A DNA stretch of 63,653 nt, the filler included, from Octopus bimaculoides (Eukaryota), in NCBI RefSeq assembly GCF_001194135.2. It is 6 parts of 6 records of this genome, joined end to end, with 100 filler letters (N's around TTAATTAATTAA, not from the genome) between each part and the next. Parts side by side here need not be neighbours in the genome. Positions count along the whole stretch, not along the records: positions 60,243 to 63,653 come from NC_069005.1; 5 more parts are not named here. The stretch is one strand, 5' to 3'. Positions 63,233 through 63,653 of this stretch are shown here, in pieces. A model generated the notes under the pieces. That model did no database searches. It was not told where the DNA came from and saw only the letters and a list, made by a program, of their open reading frames with translations. The translations under genes were made by a program, and so were the position numbers. Numbering within the stretch: position 1 is the first letter of the stretch; the number at the start of each line of letters is the position of its first letter.

Positions 63233-63627
63233 GGGACTTGCTGAGTTGGGTACTTGCAAAAATTGGGAACTTGGTGAGTTGGGAACTTGCAAAAATTGGG
63301 AACTTGCTGAGTTGGGTAGTTGCCAAAATTGGGAACTTGCTGAGTTGGGTAGTTGCCAAAATTGGGAACTTACTGAGTTGGGAACTTGCTGAGTTGGGTA
63401 GTTGCCAAAATTGAGAACTTGCTGAGTTAGGTACTTGCAAAAATTGGGAACTTGGTGAGTTGGGAACTTGCAAAAATTGGGAACTTGGTGAGTTGGGAAC
63501 TTGCAAAAATTGGGAACTTGCTGAGTTGGGTAGTTGCCAAAATTGGGAACTTGCTGAGTTGGGTACTTGCAAAAATTGGGAACTTGGTGAGTTAGGTACT
63601 CACAAAAATTGGGAACTTGGTGAGTTG
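63233..63627. repeat. 33-bp minisatellite, about 12 units, built from 16+17-bp subunits
   Basis: gaacttgctgagttgg + gtacttgcaaaaattgg repeated. Confidence 0.92.
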
Positions 63628-63653
63628 TGGCACTTGTTGAAATGGTAGTTGTT

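Overview
AT-rich, repeat-dense animal genomic DNA with many N gaps. It is most likely from an octopus, inferred from abundant tRNA-headed SINEs resembling Octopus families, RTE tails ending in (GAT)n and high microsatellite density. Spliced host exons I can support: (1) a first coding exon on - at 1289-1506 (unidentified); (2) two phase-compatible terminal exons on - at 20757-20838 and 18571-18629 (unidentified, Lys/Pro-rich); (3) the last two exons of DDI1 on + at 29549-29735 and 30461-30720 (end of the retroviral-type protease domain, UIM-like motif, UBA domain); (4) two phase-compatible exons on + at 60637-60793 and 62134-62204 (unidentified, Gln-rich/acidic). The rest is decayed mobile DNA (mariner, hAT, Helitron/HINE, MITEs, RTE, CR1-like, Penelope, Dong/R4, SINEs) and satellites. 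Most interesting: a decayed U6 snRNA copy abutting a SINE head; three foldback palindromes plus a dispersed inverted duplication within 18 kb; a CpG-decay boundary near 32 kb readable from SINE copies; an (AAT)n-targeted Dong/R4 LINE beside (AAT)n-flanked non-coding repeats; DDI1 with both UIM-like and UBA modules; and a CpG-rich heptamer satellite with higher-order structure. Five 100-nt gaps carry an artificial TTAATTAATTAA linker, so adjacency across them is uncertain. I found no clearly demonstrable new biological system. The foldback cluster and the U6/SINE junction are the best leads. All alignments were made by eye.
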